From Verrucomicrobiia bacterium (GTDB taxonomy: Bacteria; Verrucomicrobiota; Verrucomicrobiia; Limisphaerales; UBA1319): a DNA stretch of 64,000 nt. The DNA lies in assembly GCA_963664225.1 (NCBI GenBank), contig OY760937.1, positions 5,216,001 through 5,280,000 of the forward strand. The letters run 5' to 3'. A program made the translations under genes and the position numbers. The notes beneath the pieces are model-generated. The model searched no databases and was not told where the DNA came from. It saw only the letters and a list, made by a program, of their open reading frames with translations. Below are positions 42,197 to 51,603 of this stretch, in pieces (within the stretch, counting starts at the first letter, position 1; each line of letters starts with the position of its first letter).

Positions 42197-45100
42197 TCAG
42201 CGGTGGGGCAGCACGCGACGGAGGGTGGTCGTTAATCGTTCTGCGCTTAAATCCCGCGCATAAATTCGGCCGTCCGGGCCAACCAGCAACACCGCTGGCA
42301 GGGCGGTGATGTCAAATGCTTCGGTGACCGATGCCCGCTCAGCGGTTGAAAGTCGCGCCCACGTGAACCCCTCGCCCTCCGACGCAGCCGTCTGCCGCAA
42401 ACTTTCAGCGTCATCGTCCACGCTGGTGGCCATGAATTGCACGCCTGTCTCCGCCGGAAAATCAGCGCGCACTTTCTGCAAAGCCGCCAAAGTATTTTTG
42501 CTGGGTTCAGACCAGCTTGCCCAGAAAATCAAGACCACATATTTGCCCCTTAGGCTGGCGAGTTGCAGCGTCTGGCCTTCGAGCGTCGTCAAGCTGGCAT
42601 TCAGCAGCAACGCCACCGCGCCTCCCGTTTCTCCTTTGATCGGTACCATTCGCCGACCCAAATCGTAAGACTCTTTGCCTTCCGGTATGGTCACAGACTG
42701 CACCAGCGAACCCAACAATTCGCCTTCGTGCAAATAGGGATCAGGACCAGGCGCAGGCTTCGTCACCTTAATCCGCAGCTCGTAATTTCCCGGGGGGACG
42801 TCCTCCGCTCGGAACGACCCGTCCTCCTCAAATTCGAGATGATAGGAACGTGCGTTGCGCGCCTCTTTCCATCGCTCGGCAGCCGATGTCCCCAATCCCC
42901 AACTATCGCGAACAAACTTTGTCACACTGGTGGCTGCGGACGGACGCACCAATTCCAGCGACTGGCTGTCGTTGAGCCAGTCCACGGCCACGGCGGGATT
43001 TTCAGGTGCCGCCTGACCGGTGACCGATCGGCCATCGCCACCCCATTGGATCTTGGCCGTTTCGCCTGGTTTGACTGAAATGATTTTCTGATGGCTCGGG
43101 TATGATGTAAACCCGCCATCAATGCGGCGACGGGGCATAAAGACACGGTAAAGACGATATTCGCCTGCAACGAGGTTGGTGAAGTGAAATCTGCCATCCG
43201 CGCCACTGACGCCGCTATAAGTGATGTGCAGGCTGCTCCGCTCCCGAAACAGGCTGATGTGAATTTGGGCACCGGGCTTGGGTTTTCCTTCGGACAACAG
43301 CACGCCTTCAACTTGACTAAATGGTTGAAGGCGTACGCGAGTATCTTTTCTCATCTTGCCAGCGGTGCTCACCAGAATGCCAGACGGATGGGTAACAACC
43401 ACCAGCATGTCCTCCGGAACAGCCGGCAACTTAAAATTGCCCGCAAAGTCGGCCAGAAGTTTTTGCATTCCATGCGGATAGAAATCGCCCGGCCTGAAAG
43501 AATCCAGCGCGGGAGTTCCACGCGAAGGGTCTTTTTCCGTCCCAACCCAGACCCAGGCATTAGTGGCAGGAGTCCCGTCCGGAAGCAAAGCGACACATGG
43601 TGGGGAAGTCAGTTGGTTCGCAGCAGAATTATAACTGCGCGATGTGGTCGTTGAATCCTTCTGTGAATGGATTGCGCTCCTGGAAAATTGCACCAGCAAG
43701 ATCACCAGGATCAGCCCTCCAGGACCCGCAGCAATCGGTCGCCATGGAATGTGAGTTTGGCGTTTGCCAGCCAAGCCTGGGTCAATTTCCGGCATGGCAC
43801 CATCGGGAACCAACCAGGTTTGAGCCAGGTGGTCTTGCAAGCTTCGGCGTAAAGCCAGCGAAATCACGGTGATGCTGGCCAAAATTATTGTTGTAGCGAT
43901 CAATGCCCATTCCGCGCCGACGATATTTTCCATCGCCTTTAACAACATCGGCGAAAGCAAAAATGGAAGCCATGCGATGAAATTTCGCCACACGGTGCGC
44001 ATGCGTGACGGTCTTCCGTTTCGCCCGACGACAGCGACGCCCAAACCGCGCATTGCCATTCCTCCTCGAAAAAGAATGGCCGCCACGAAACAAGGGATGA
44101 CGACGAAAAGCAATGTGCTGGCATAAATTATCATCGGCAGCATGAACGGAATTGCGAAGACAGCCTGGGATGTTTGGGCCCTCGGTGGTGGAATGTGAAA
44201 CTGAGATTCGACCGTTGTTTTTGCTTCCGCGAACTCAGCGGGAGTTGTTTTTGGATATGCTTGGACAATTTTCTCGGCGAGTTTCCGTTGCGCGGGCTGG
44301 ATGAACACCTGTGCGGTATAGCCATTCCATTCGACAGAATTGGTTATGAGCGGACGAAAGCGTCCTGCGATGTAGATCTCCAACTGCCGGTCCTTTTCAT
44401 TGGCCGACGATTGGCTCACCGAATTTGTGCCCTTCGTTTCCAGCGGTTTTACCTGGGTCAATGCATTTCGCAGCACTGCAAACTCCGTGCTGTTTGAATT
44501 GCGTAATAAAACACCGGTCACCATTTGGATGAGGACGACGAACACCGGGAAACAAAGGGCAATGACGAGCATGGCCCACCGGCGGCGGCGGGTGATGGCT
44601 GCCACCTTGCCAGTCAGAGGCTTGAGGCGCTCCCAAACTTGCCTGGCGTTCGGCTCGCTTTCGATGCGTTGAAAAAAACTGCGCGCATAAAGCGGCAGCG
44701 GCAGTTCCAGCGTGGAGACATGGGCTTGCTCCACATTTAATGGCTGACCTTCCAAAGCAGAGAGGGCGACCTGCCGAAGAAATGCCTGCGGGTTTGAAAG
44801 CTGCGGCGATTTGGTCTTGTTCGACGAATTGGTTTCCGGAGCCGGAAAGTCCAACAGCTTGGCATGACCGTCAGCGGTGATCCAGACTCGGTCAAGGCTC
44901 AGAACACAAGGAATGGAACCGTCCTTAACGCCCGTTTTCAATTCCTCGGCCAAATCAAGCAACCAGAACCGGATTTTCCCCCAATCTTGTTTGACGGAAA
45001 TGAGGCCAAGCAACGGCTGGCCGGTCGGGGCTTCATAGGCGTCCCAGGAATCATCAACGGATCGTTTGGCGTTCAGCCAGCGAAGACGGCCCGGTCGTCC

Positions 45101-46840
45101 GAGATGGCGCAAAGCCGCGTCCACTGTCGGGGTCGCCGCCGAAACCCGCCGCAGCCAGACCTTGCGCAACAGACGTGAATCGTAGCCAAGCAACACTGCG
45201 GCATCATCACTCTGCCCGAGCTCGGCCAAGACATGATAAGGCCCGATACGCGCCGTTTCACCGGCAAACGGAGGAAGTTCCAGTTGCGGCGGCATCCCGG
45301 GACGAACGGGCTGATCGGATTGAGCCAACACCCGGGTTCGGCTCCACAAATCGTGCAGGCCGGCAAATCCATTCCGCCGACGACAGGGATAAAATATTAG
45401 CAACTGGATGACGGTCGGTAGGAGCCAGGCAAAACTCATTTTGGGGTTGGGTGGATGCTGGGTCAGCCAGTCCGAACTGAAATAGGTCAGTGCCAGTGCT
45501 GGTAAAGATGAAAACCCGGAGAAAATCAGGACTCGCAGAAAGGCCTTCTTCACGTCAGGCGTATTTCCATCCAGATCCACCACTCGCAGCCGGCAGAGCA
45601 TTTTTCCCAGCGAAGCTCCCCGGATGCCTTCCATCAATCCAAAATACAAGATCACCATCCCGAAGGATATGAAGTAGGTGAGCAACCTCGTGCCACCGTG
45701 ATCGGGACTCATCATGGCGGTGAAGCTGCCGAAAACCATGAAGAACACCGCCCAATTCACAAGACTCAAGCCCAGATGATCAATGAGCCAGGCAACGAAG
45801 CGCAAAGACAGAGTCGCCGGCGATGGACTGGAGGATGCATAGGGCAACAAAGCGCGGCGCAATGCGGCATAACTGGCAAATCGCTCAGACGAATCTTTGT
45901 TGAGACAGTGGAGCACCGCCTGCGCCAGCCCCTTGGGAATTCCAGCCCGCAAACCGGCTGGAGATTCAGGCTTCTTTTCAAGGACAGTGACCAACAGTTG
46001 CACGATGTTGGGTGCCTCGAACGGCATCCGTCCAGTTAGCAGATAATACAACGTGACTCCGACAGAATAGATGTCCGAACGGACGGTGAGTTCCTCGCCG
46101 CGCAGTTGTTCGGGAGAAGAAAACGCCGGGGTGCCGAAGAGGGAACCCGATCCAGTCAGATTTGATTCCGTTCGGAGCGTCGTGGTGATGGAAAGACCGA
46201 AATCGCCAATCTTGATCGTCCCATCGGAATCGATGAAACAATTCGATGGCTTGATGTCACGGTGCAGAACACCTGCCTGCTGGGCTGCCTCCAGCCCGGC
46301 GATAATCTGGAGAATCACATCCACCGCCTCGGTGGCTGACAAAGGTCCGGACGCAACCACCCGGTCTCGCAAGGTGCCTCCGGCCACCAACTCCATGGCA
46401 ATCACCGGCGTGCCCGCGATTTCCTCCGTCCCGAAAACATAGACACTATTCGGATGATTGATCGAGGCCGCGATCTGCCCTTCGCGCAAAAACCGTTTGC
46501 GCGCTTCCGGCGAATCCAATGCCTGGCTCAAAATCTTTAGGGCCACACGGCGACCGGTTTCAAGATCATCCGCCTCGAATACCACGCCCATGCCGCCTTG
46601 TCCCAGCAAACGAATCAGCCGGTAATGTCCAAAATCTTCCCCCGGCTGGGGAATGCCTTTTAATGCCGCCGATTGAGGCAGGACGACCGTGTCCTCTGGT
46701 CCTGTTTGTGGTTGAGTTCCAAGGCCGGCTTGGAGCAGGCATTTGGGACAGAGGCTCGCAGGAAGCTGGGGCGGCAACTCCGCGCCGCATTTGGGGCATC
46801 GGCCTGGTTGTTGGTTCTGGCTCATGTTAGTTTCCAACAC
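42197..46840 (-). CDS. membrane Ser/Thr protein kinase with Zn-ribbon, RDD domains, degenerate second kinase-like domain and C-terminal thioredoxin-like domain (start may be 46825)
   Basis: CPKC..CPKC; LGQGGMG, VALK, HRDIKPSN, DFG, GTPAFSSPE; RFVAWLID/SLGKMLCRLRVV/GLHDLWSRTRV (RDD); GKYVVLIFWASWSEPS. Confidence 0.92.
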   Translation of the reverse strand: MLETNMSQNQQPGRCPKCGAELPPQLPASLCPKCLLQAGLGTQPQTGPEDTVVLPQSAALKGIPQPGEDFGHYRLIRLLGQGGMGVVFEADDLETGRRVALKILSQALDSPEARKRFLREGQIAASINHPNSVYVFGTEEIAGTPVIAMELVAGGTLRDRVVASGPLSATEAVDVILQIIAGLEAAQQAGVLHRDIKPSNCFIDSDGTIKIGDFGLSITTTLRTESNLTGSGSLFGTPAFSSPEQLRGEELTVRSDIYSVGVTLYYLLTGRMPFEAPNIVQLLVTVLEKKPESPAGLRAGIPKGLAQAVLHCLNKDSSERFASYAALRRALLPYASSSPSPATLSLRFVAWLIDHLGLSLVNWAVFFMVFGSFTAMMSPDHGGTRLLTYFISFGMVILYFGLMEGIRGASLGKMLCRLRVVDLDGNTPDVKKAFLRVLIFSGFSSLPALALTYFSSDWLTQHPPNPKMSFAWLLPTVIQLLIFYPCRRRNGFAGLHDLWSRTRVLAQSDQPVRPGMPPQLELPPFAGETARIGPYHVLAELGQSDDAAVLLGYDSRLLRKVWLRRVSAATPTVDAALRHLGRPGRLRWLNAKRSVDDSWDAYEAPTGQPLLGLISVKQDWGKIRFWLLDLAEELKTGVKDGSIPCVLSLDRVWITADGHAKLLDFPAPETNSSNKTKSPQLSNPQAFLRQVALSALEGQPLNVEQAHVSTLELPLPLYARSFFQRIESEPNARQVWERLKPLTGKVAAITRRRRWAMLVIALCFPVFVVLIQMVTGVLLRNSNSTEFAVLRNALTQVKPLETKGTNSVSQSSANEKDRQLEIYIAGRFRPLITNSVEWNGYTAQVFIQPAQRKLAEKIVQAYPKTTPAEFAEAKTTVESQFHIPPPRAQTSQAVFAIPFMLPMIIYASTLLFVVIPCFVAAILFRGGMAMRGLGVAVVGRNGRPSRMRTVWRNFIAWLPFLLSPMLLKAMENIVGAEWALIATTIILASITVISLALRRSLQDHLAQTWLVPDGAMPEIDPGLAGKRQTHIPWRPIAAGPGGLILVILLVQFSRSAIHSQKDSTTTSRSYNSAANQLTSPPCVALLPDGTPATNAWVWVGTEKDPSRGTPALDSFRPGDFYPHGMQKLLADFAGNFKLPAVPEDMLVVVTHPSGILVSTAGKMRKDTRVRLQPFSQVEGVLLSEGKPKPGAQIHISLFRERSSLHITYSGVSGADGRFHFTNLVAGEYRLYRVFMPRRRIDGGFTSYPSHQKIISVKPGETAKIQWGGDGRSVTGQAAPENPAVAVDWLNDSQSLELVRPSAATSVTKFVRDSWGLGTSAAERWKEARNARSYHLEFEEDGSFRAEDVPPGNYELRIKVTKPAPGPDPYLHEGELLGSLVQSVTIPEGKESYDLGRRMVPIKGETGGAVALLLNASLTTLEGQTLQLASLRGKYVVLIFWASWSEPSKNTLAALQKVRADFPAETGVQFMATSVDDDAESLRQTAASEGEGFTWARLSTAERASVTEAFDITALPAVLLVGPDGRIYARDLSAERLTTTLRRVLPHR

Positions 46841-46912
46841 TACATAAGCAAAATATGCACAAGGTAACGCGTGCGCGTTCGATTTGTGTGTCTTGGCTCT
46901 GAAAGTTCACAA

Positions 46913-47659
46913 CTAGGAACCAAAACAGGCGAATAGGAAGCGCAATTCCTCGTCGATTTCTTGCGGTGATGAAACTGTCTTGCCAATCTCGCCGCGAAGG
47001 ATTTCACGATAGCGGGCACGCAGGCGGTAAGCGGCTTGTTTCACAGACGCCTCCGTAAGATTCAGTTCCTGAGCGATTTCCGCGTAAGAACCGGCGGATT
47101 CCACCTGAGTGAGGCAGGCGCTCAAATGCTCGAACAGGTTGGCGCGCCCAGTATCGATATACTCCTCGCGCAACTGGGACATGGTGCGTTCGAGCAACAG
47201 CAATGCCCACTGCCGGTCAAATAGGATTTCCGGTGATAATTCCGTTTTCAGCTCCGCATCCAGCCGATCCTCCGCCATGGCCTGATCAATTTCCACGGCA
47301 GTCTGGAAACCTCCGCGCTTTTGCGCATGCTGCCAGTCCCATTCGTTCGCGAGAAAACGTTTTAGCGCCATGAGAAGAAAACTTCGGAATTTACCGCGAT
47401 CCCGCCGGGCATCCGCGACAAAGTTCTTTTCGAGCAGACGGGCAAAGAAACCTTGGGTCAAATCTTCCGCTTCGTGCGGAGTGCGCCCCTGCCGGCGGAT
47501 GAAACAATAAAGCGGATACCAATAAGTTTGGTAAAGTTGATGGAGTGCTGCACCGACTGAGTCCGAATTCGCCTTACCGGCGCGCAGCACCAGGCTCCAA
47601 TGCGTCGTCACGAAACGCCCATTGGCGCCCCAATCAGATTCAGAATCACCGGGTTTCAT
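46913..47659 (-). CDS. ECF sigma-70 factor, Ser/Thr-kinase-associated type
   Basis: FVTTHWSLV, YWYPLY, EAEDLTQGFF, GKFRSFLL, SYAEIAQELNLTEASVKQAAYRLR; directly upstream of the kinase. Confidence 0.9.
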   Translation of the reverse strand: MKPGDSESDWGANGRFVTTHWSLVLRAGKANSDSVGAALHQLYQTYWYPLYCFIRRQGRTPHEAEDLTQGFFARLLEKNFVADARRDRGKFRSFLLMALKRFLANEWDWQHAQKRGGFQTAVEIDQAMAEDRLDAELKTELSPEILFDRQWALLLLERTMSQLREEYIDTGRANLFEHLSACLTQVESAGSYAEIAQELNLTEASVKQAAYRLRARYREILRGEIGKTVSSPQEIDEELRFLFACFGS

Positions 47660-47934
47660 TTGCGAAACATCAATATGCCCGACGTTGGAGTAATCTTTCC
47701 GAGTATCGGGTTGGACAAGCGTATTTCAAAAAATGACGTAAGCAAATGAAAATGGAATCTTCAAAAACCGTCCGCTGGATTTTCATAATCCACAACGGAT
47801 GGTGACAAATACAATGGAATACTTAGCCCCAAGTGGTATCTGTTTCACCGTCGCGATAAAATCTTTGCCGACGGGTTGCATCGTCACTGTCACAATATTG
47901 GTCATGCCCGGAGCAAAGTCGGAGGTGCATCATC

Positions 47935-48639
47935 TCAAACACCCCAGCGCGCCTTCTGCATCAAATCGTCATTGGTTTGCAGGATGGTCCGCCGCACATC
48001 GGGCGGAACATCCTTGAGCATCGAATCACAAAGGCCGGCGTAGCGCTCGTAAACCGGCTGGATTTTCTTAATGCCCTTGGGAGTGATCCGCAGGACGATG
48101 GCCTTGCGGTCCACCTTCGTGGTGGCAGGAGCGATCTCGTGCAGCTTCCGGGTCTCCAGCAGGCCAGCCATGCGCAGAGCAGCCACACGCCGAGATAACG
48201 CGGCTGCGCTGTGTACAAGAGACGCCTTGAGCGCAGCAAAAGCCACGTAACCATCCTTATCGGCGGCGGGATCATCCCAGCCCAGACGGGCCGCCCCGTA
48301 TAAATCGAGCAATAGATCGGCTTCCTCCAAGGTCATGCCGGAACCGGGCAGGACGTGCTTTTTAATCAGCGCCGTCAGCAAGGCCCGGCATGATGAGAAC
48401 AACTCGAAACGGATTCTGGCCCTGACGAAGGTGGCGGCTCCGCTTGGCGCGCGTGTCAACTGCGACGACCGAACCGGGGATGCACGCGCGCTGTCCATCG
48501 ACCGGGAGGGCAAGTTCAGTCTCACGGCCAGTCCATACTGCGAATCCGTGAAGATCGAAATCGAGACGTCACCGGATAATGCCGGGAGGATAGCAGGGCT
48601 GCTGACGGCGCTGTGAACCTTCATCACTGCGCTGGACAT
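47935..48639 (-). CDS. MarR-like winged-helix regulator (start uncertain)
   Basis: GMTLEEADLLLDL...SAAALSRRVAALRMAGLLE...DRKAIVLRITPKG. Confidence 0.7.
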   Translation of the reverse strand: MSSAVMKVHSAVSSPAILPALSGDVSISIFTDSQYGLAVRLNLPSRSMDSARASPVRSSQLTRAPSGAATFVRARIRFELFSSCRALLTALIKKHVLPGSGMTLEEADLLLDLYGAARLGWDDPAADKDGYVAFAALKASLVHSAAALSRRVAALRMAGLLETRKLHEIAPATTKVDRKAIVLRITPKGIKKIQPVYERYAGLCDSMLKDVPPDVRRTILQTNDDLMQKARWGV

Positions 48640-48708
48640 TCCAATGGGCCGGGATGCCAGCGGTTACGGTGTGAATTGTCGGCTTGAATGTACTAACGAG
48701 TTAAAACC

Positions 48709-49866
48709 ATGCATCCAACAATTTTGAATCAATCCACACCGCAGGCTGCGGTCTCAGGGACGGCGCAACTGCCGGGGGCTCTGTTCGGGGGCACCGATGC
48801 ACTGGAGGATCCCGCAGGGGGCGTCTCTCTCTGGAACCGGTATCATCCACGTGAGATCCCGTTCTTCAAGGTGGCGTTAATGGACCAGCTACTGAAACGT
48901 CCCTACCACGCGGTGACGCTGGAAGGCCCATTCAACAATAAGCAGATATCCCGAGATTACCGCGAACAGACGTTCCGTTCTGAGACGTCCATCAATCGGG
49001 CGGGCACTCCATGTATCGAGCGGCTCCTGCTCTGTCTGGGCAATGGGGTGTTTGCCTATCTCGATGAATGCGGTGTCAAAGTTTACGCGCCCACACCACA
49101 GGCGGCGGAAGTGGCGGCTCAGGAATTTAGGCGCTATGTCAGGGCACCTGATGAGCGCAAACCGCATTTCCACGTCATCAGCATGACGCCCGAGGGGCCC
49201 TGTGCTGAATCAGTGCCCATCGAGCGGTCCGCACCCGTCACCACGGAGGACCTGGCCCTGAACTATGGTCAGGATTTTCCATTGTGGGAACAGCAATGGA
49301 GGGAGCGGATGCGCAAGGCTGCGAGTGGTCTGACGATCCTGTTCGGGCCCCCAGGGTGCGGGAAGACCTCGTTCCTCCGGGCACTGATGTCGCGCCTCAT
49401 AGAGACGGCCGTGTTCTATTTCGTCCCGCTTTCGGAAGCAGAGATGCTGTCCAATCCACGCTTCGTCAACTTCTGGATGCGACAGACCGCGCGTAACAAG
49501 GGGAAACAGAAAATTGCGATCCTGGAGGACGCGGACGAACTCCTTCTCATGAGGGACGAGGGCAGCCGGGCCAAGGTCAGCAACCTGCTCAACATCGCGG
49601 ACGGGTTCCTGGGTGAACATCTGAAGTTGCATGTGATCGCCACAAGCAATGAGCCGATCAGCAAGCTGGACCCGGCCATTGTGCGCCCGGGACGCCTGTT
49701 GGGGATGCGCGAGTTCCGGCGCTTGAATCGAGAGGAGGCCATCCGGCTGGCTGAAGCCAAGGGCCTGGTGGTCCCTGAACAGCGGGACTTTAGCCTCGCG
49801 GAGTTGTATTGCGGTCCCAACGACACCGCCCATGTGGACCAGCCGCAACGGATCGGATTCGCATAA
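48709..49866 (+). CDS. AAA-family ATPase
   Basis: GPPGCGKT (Walker A), ILEDAD (Walker B), LLNIADG, LDPAIVRPGRL (second region of homology). Confidence 0.88.
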   Translation: MHPTILNQSTPQAAVSGTAQLPGALFGGTDALEDPAGGVSLWNRYHPREIPFFKVALMDQLLKRPYHAVTLEGPFNNKQISRDYREQTFRSETSINRAGTPCIERLLLCLGNGVFAYLDECGVKVYAPTPQAAEVAAQEFRRYVRAPDERKPHFHVISMTPEGPCAESVPIERSAPVTTEDLALNYGQDFPLWEQQWRERMRKAASGLTILFGPPGCGKTSFLRALMSRLIETAVFYFVPLSEAEMLSNPRFVNFWMRQTARNKGKQKIAILEDADELLLMRDEGSRAKVSNLLNIADGFLGEHLKLHVIATSNEPISKLDPAIVRPGRLLGMREFRRLNREEAIRLAEAKGLVVPEQRDFSLAELYCGPNDTAHVDQPQRIGFA

Positions 49867-49939
49867 GCGGGATGACGGTGAAATTACACTCATTGTGCGG
49901 GCGGTTCGTCCAAAAGGATCGCCTGCGGAAAACGGAATC

Positions 49940-50314
49940 GTGCGTAAAAAGAATCATCAAACCAAAGTAATAACCAGGCAACGCCCGGTGAAGCAGGGTG
50001 TTAACGTGCAAGCGCCGGTCGAGCCTGAACCCTTTGACGCCATGGCCTATCTGGTGTCCATGCCTGAGGAACCACCGAAGCCACCGGAACCACTGGACGA
50101 CTTCGATCCACTGGATTACGCGTGTCCAACGCCTAATTGGCCGCACGATTGGCCTGCACATATCATTCCACAATTCGAAGCCCAGGGATTCACCCGCATC
50201 CGGCTCGAACAGATCGTTCCGCATCCAGCCTGGACACTCCGCATGAAAAGCACTGGCAGGATTCTGACCGACATTGAGGCAAGCCGCGTTGTGCGTGCTG
50301 TTATCGAGCCATAA
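49940..50314 (+). CDS. hypothetical protein, probably truncated at the direct repeat
   Basis: ORF downstream of the ATPase; its TAA coincides with the start of the 37-bp repeat. Confidence 0.4.
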   Translation: MRKKNHQTKVITRQRPVKQGVNVQAPVEPEPFDAMAYLVSMPEEPPKPPEPLDDFDPLDYACPTPNWPHDWPAHIIPQFEAQGFTRIRLEQIVPHPAWTLRMKSTGRILTDIEASRVVRAVIEP

Positions 50315-50349
50315 TGATTCAGTAATCCGCCTGATCTTCCAATCTGACA
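50313..50349 (+). repeat. 37-bp direct repeat, right copy
   Basis: AATGATTCAGTAATCCGCCTGATCTTCCAATCTGACA. Confidence 0.9.
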
Positions 50350-50631
50350 ATTGTGCCGGCGGCTTTGGGCAATTGCGCTAAACGGTCATCGTAAACCGGC
50401 GGCCGACGCGCGCACCACCCGCCCCAATTGACGCCACAGCAGATCGGCGCTCAGGAAAAGCAATGTCACTCCCTCCCCGAACATCAACCTGTCGGACTTC
50501 AAAGGAATAACCCCAGCCCTCAACCCTCCAATCAGTTCTGGAAGGAGGAGTAGGCTTTTCCCGAGGTGGCTTTACGCCAGCGATGCAGAGGGCGAAAAGC
50601 AAATCGTGACAAAAAGCATTCGAGATTAAAT

Positions 50632-51315
50632 TCAATGGCTCGGGGGTGCCAATCCCTCCTCTATTCTGCTCACACCACTTGCAATCGCATAGTGCGTCAG
50701 ACCCGCTATGGAGTGGATGTGCAGTTTATCCATCATGTTCTGGCGATGTTTTTCCGCGGTCTTGACGCTGATGCAAAGGTCGGCGGCGATCTGCTTGTTC
50801 GGAGCGCCTTCGGCGAGGAGTTGCAAAACCTCGATCTCACGACTGCTCAATGAGTCTGTTCGAGTGCATGATTGTGAGCCCTTCAGACACAATTTCCGGA
50901 ACTCTTGACGAATGTGGTTAGGAATGGAGCGGCTTAGAACAACGTGGCCGCTATTGGTTTCGCGTACGGCCGCGAGCAAGTCCTCCGTCGATGAGTCCTT
51001 GAGCAAATAGCCCGCCGCGCCGGCTTCCAACGCCTGCCGAATGGAGGGACCGTCGCTATGTGCCGAGAGTACCAGGACTTTCGCATTGGGAATTTCCCTC
51101 ATGATTTGCCGTGTTGCTTCCAGGCCGTTAAGCACAGGCATGGCGATGTCCATGATCACCACGGACGGCTCAAATTGCTTTGCCATTTGCACGGCCTGTC
51201 TGCCCGTCTCAGCTTCACCGACAACAGCGATGTCGTTCTCGGTTTCGAACAAGGCTCGCAGTCCTTCACGAACTACGCGGTGGTCGTCAACCACAAGTAT
51301 TCGAATTTGTCCCAT
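50632..51315 (-). CDS. NarL/FixJ-family response regulator (REC + LuxR HTH)
   Basis: ILVVDDH, IMDIAMP, GYLLK, LSSREIEVLQLLAEG...ISVKTAEKHR. Confidence 0.95.
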   Translation of the reverse strand: MGQIRILVVDDHRVVREGLRALFETENDIAVVGEAETGRQAVQMAKQFEPSVVIMDIAMPVLNGLEATRQIMREIPNAKVLVLSAHSDGPSIRQALEAGAAGYLLKDSSTEDLLAAVRETNSGHVVLSRSIPNHIRQEFRKLCLKGSQSCTRTDSLSSREIEVLQLLAEGAPNKQIAADLCISVKTAEKHRQNMMDKLHIHSIAGLTHYAIASGVSRIEEGLAPPSH

Positions 51316-51355
51316 AGCAGTCTATTTGGTTTGTTTGTTGCACGCATATTTCCCC

Positions 51356-51371
51356 AGCAGCACCTGTGCCA
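51356..51371 (-). promoter_or_regulatory. sigma54 promoter for the NarL-type regulator
   Basis: Minus strand TGGCACA-GGTG-CTGCT, ~40 nt before the ATG. Confidence 0.75.
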
Positions 51372-51413
51372 AGGCAGCCTGTGGGGCAAAGCCATCGGTT
51401 GAAGTAATCGCCA

Positions 51414-51447
51414 ATGCAATTTGCGATGTTTTGCTCGCAAGATGCAA
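51414..51447. promoter_or_regulatory. paired GCA-N3-TGC boxes (candidate activator sites)
   Basis: ATGCAATTTGCGA (51414-51426) and TCGCAAGATGCAA (51435-51447). Confidence 0.65.
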
Positions 51448-51603
51448 AACTGACGCCGAGCAGGGGGAGCTTTAGCGGCCCACGTGGCGAGCAGCAGGGA
51501 TGAGCCCGCCGCATTCGAGACAGGGTGTGCCAAGGGCTCGAACAATAGGTTGCTACTATTATTGGACCAAATCTGGCGGCAAGTTTCCGGCCGGAATATT
51601 GAC

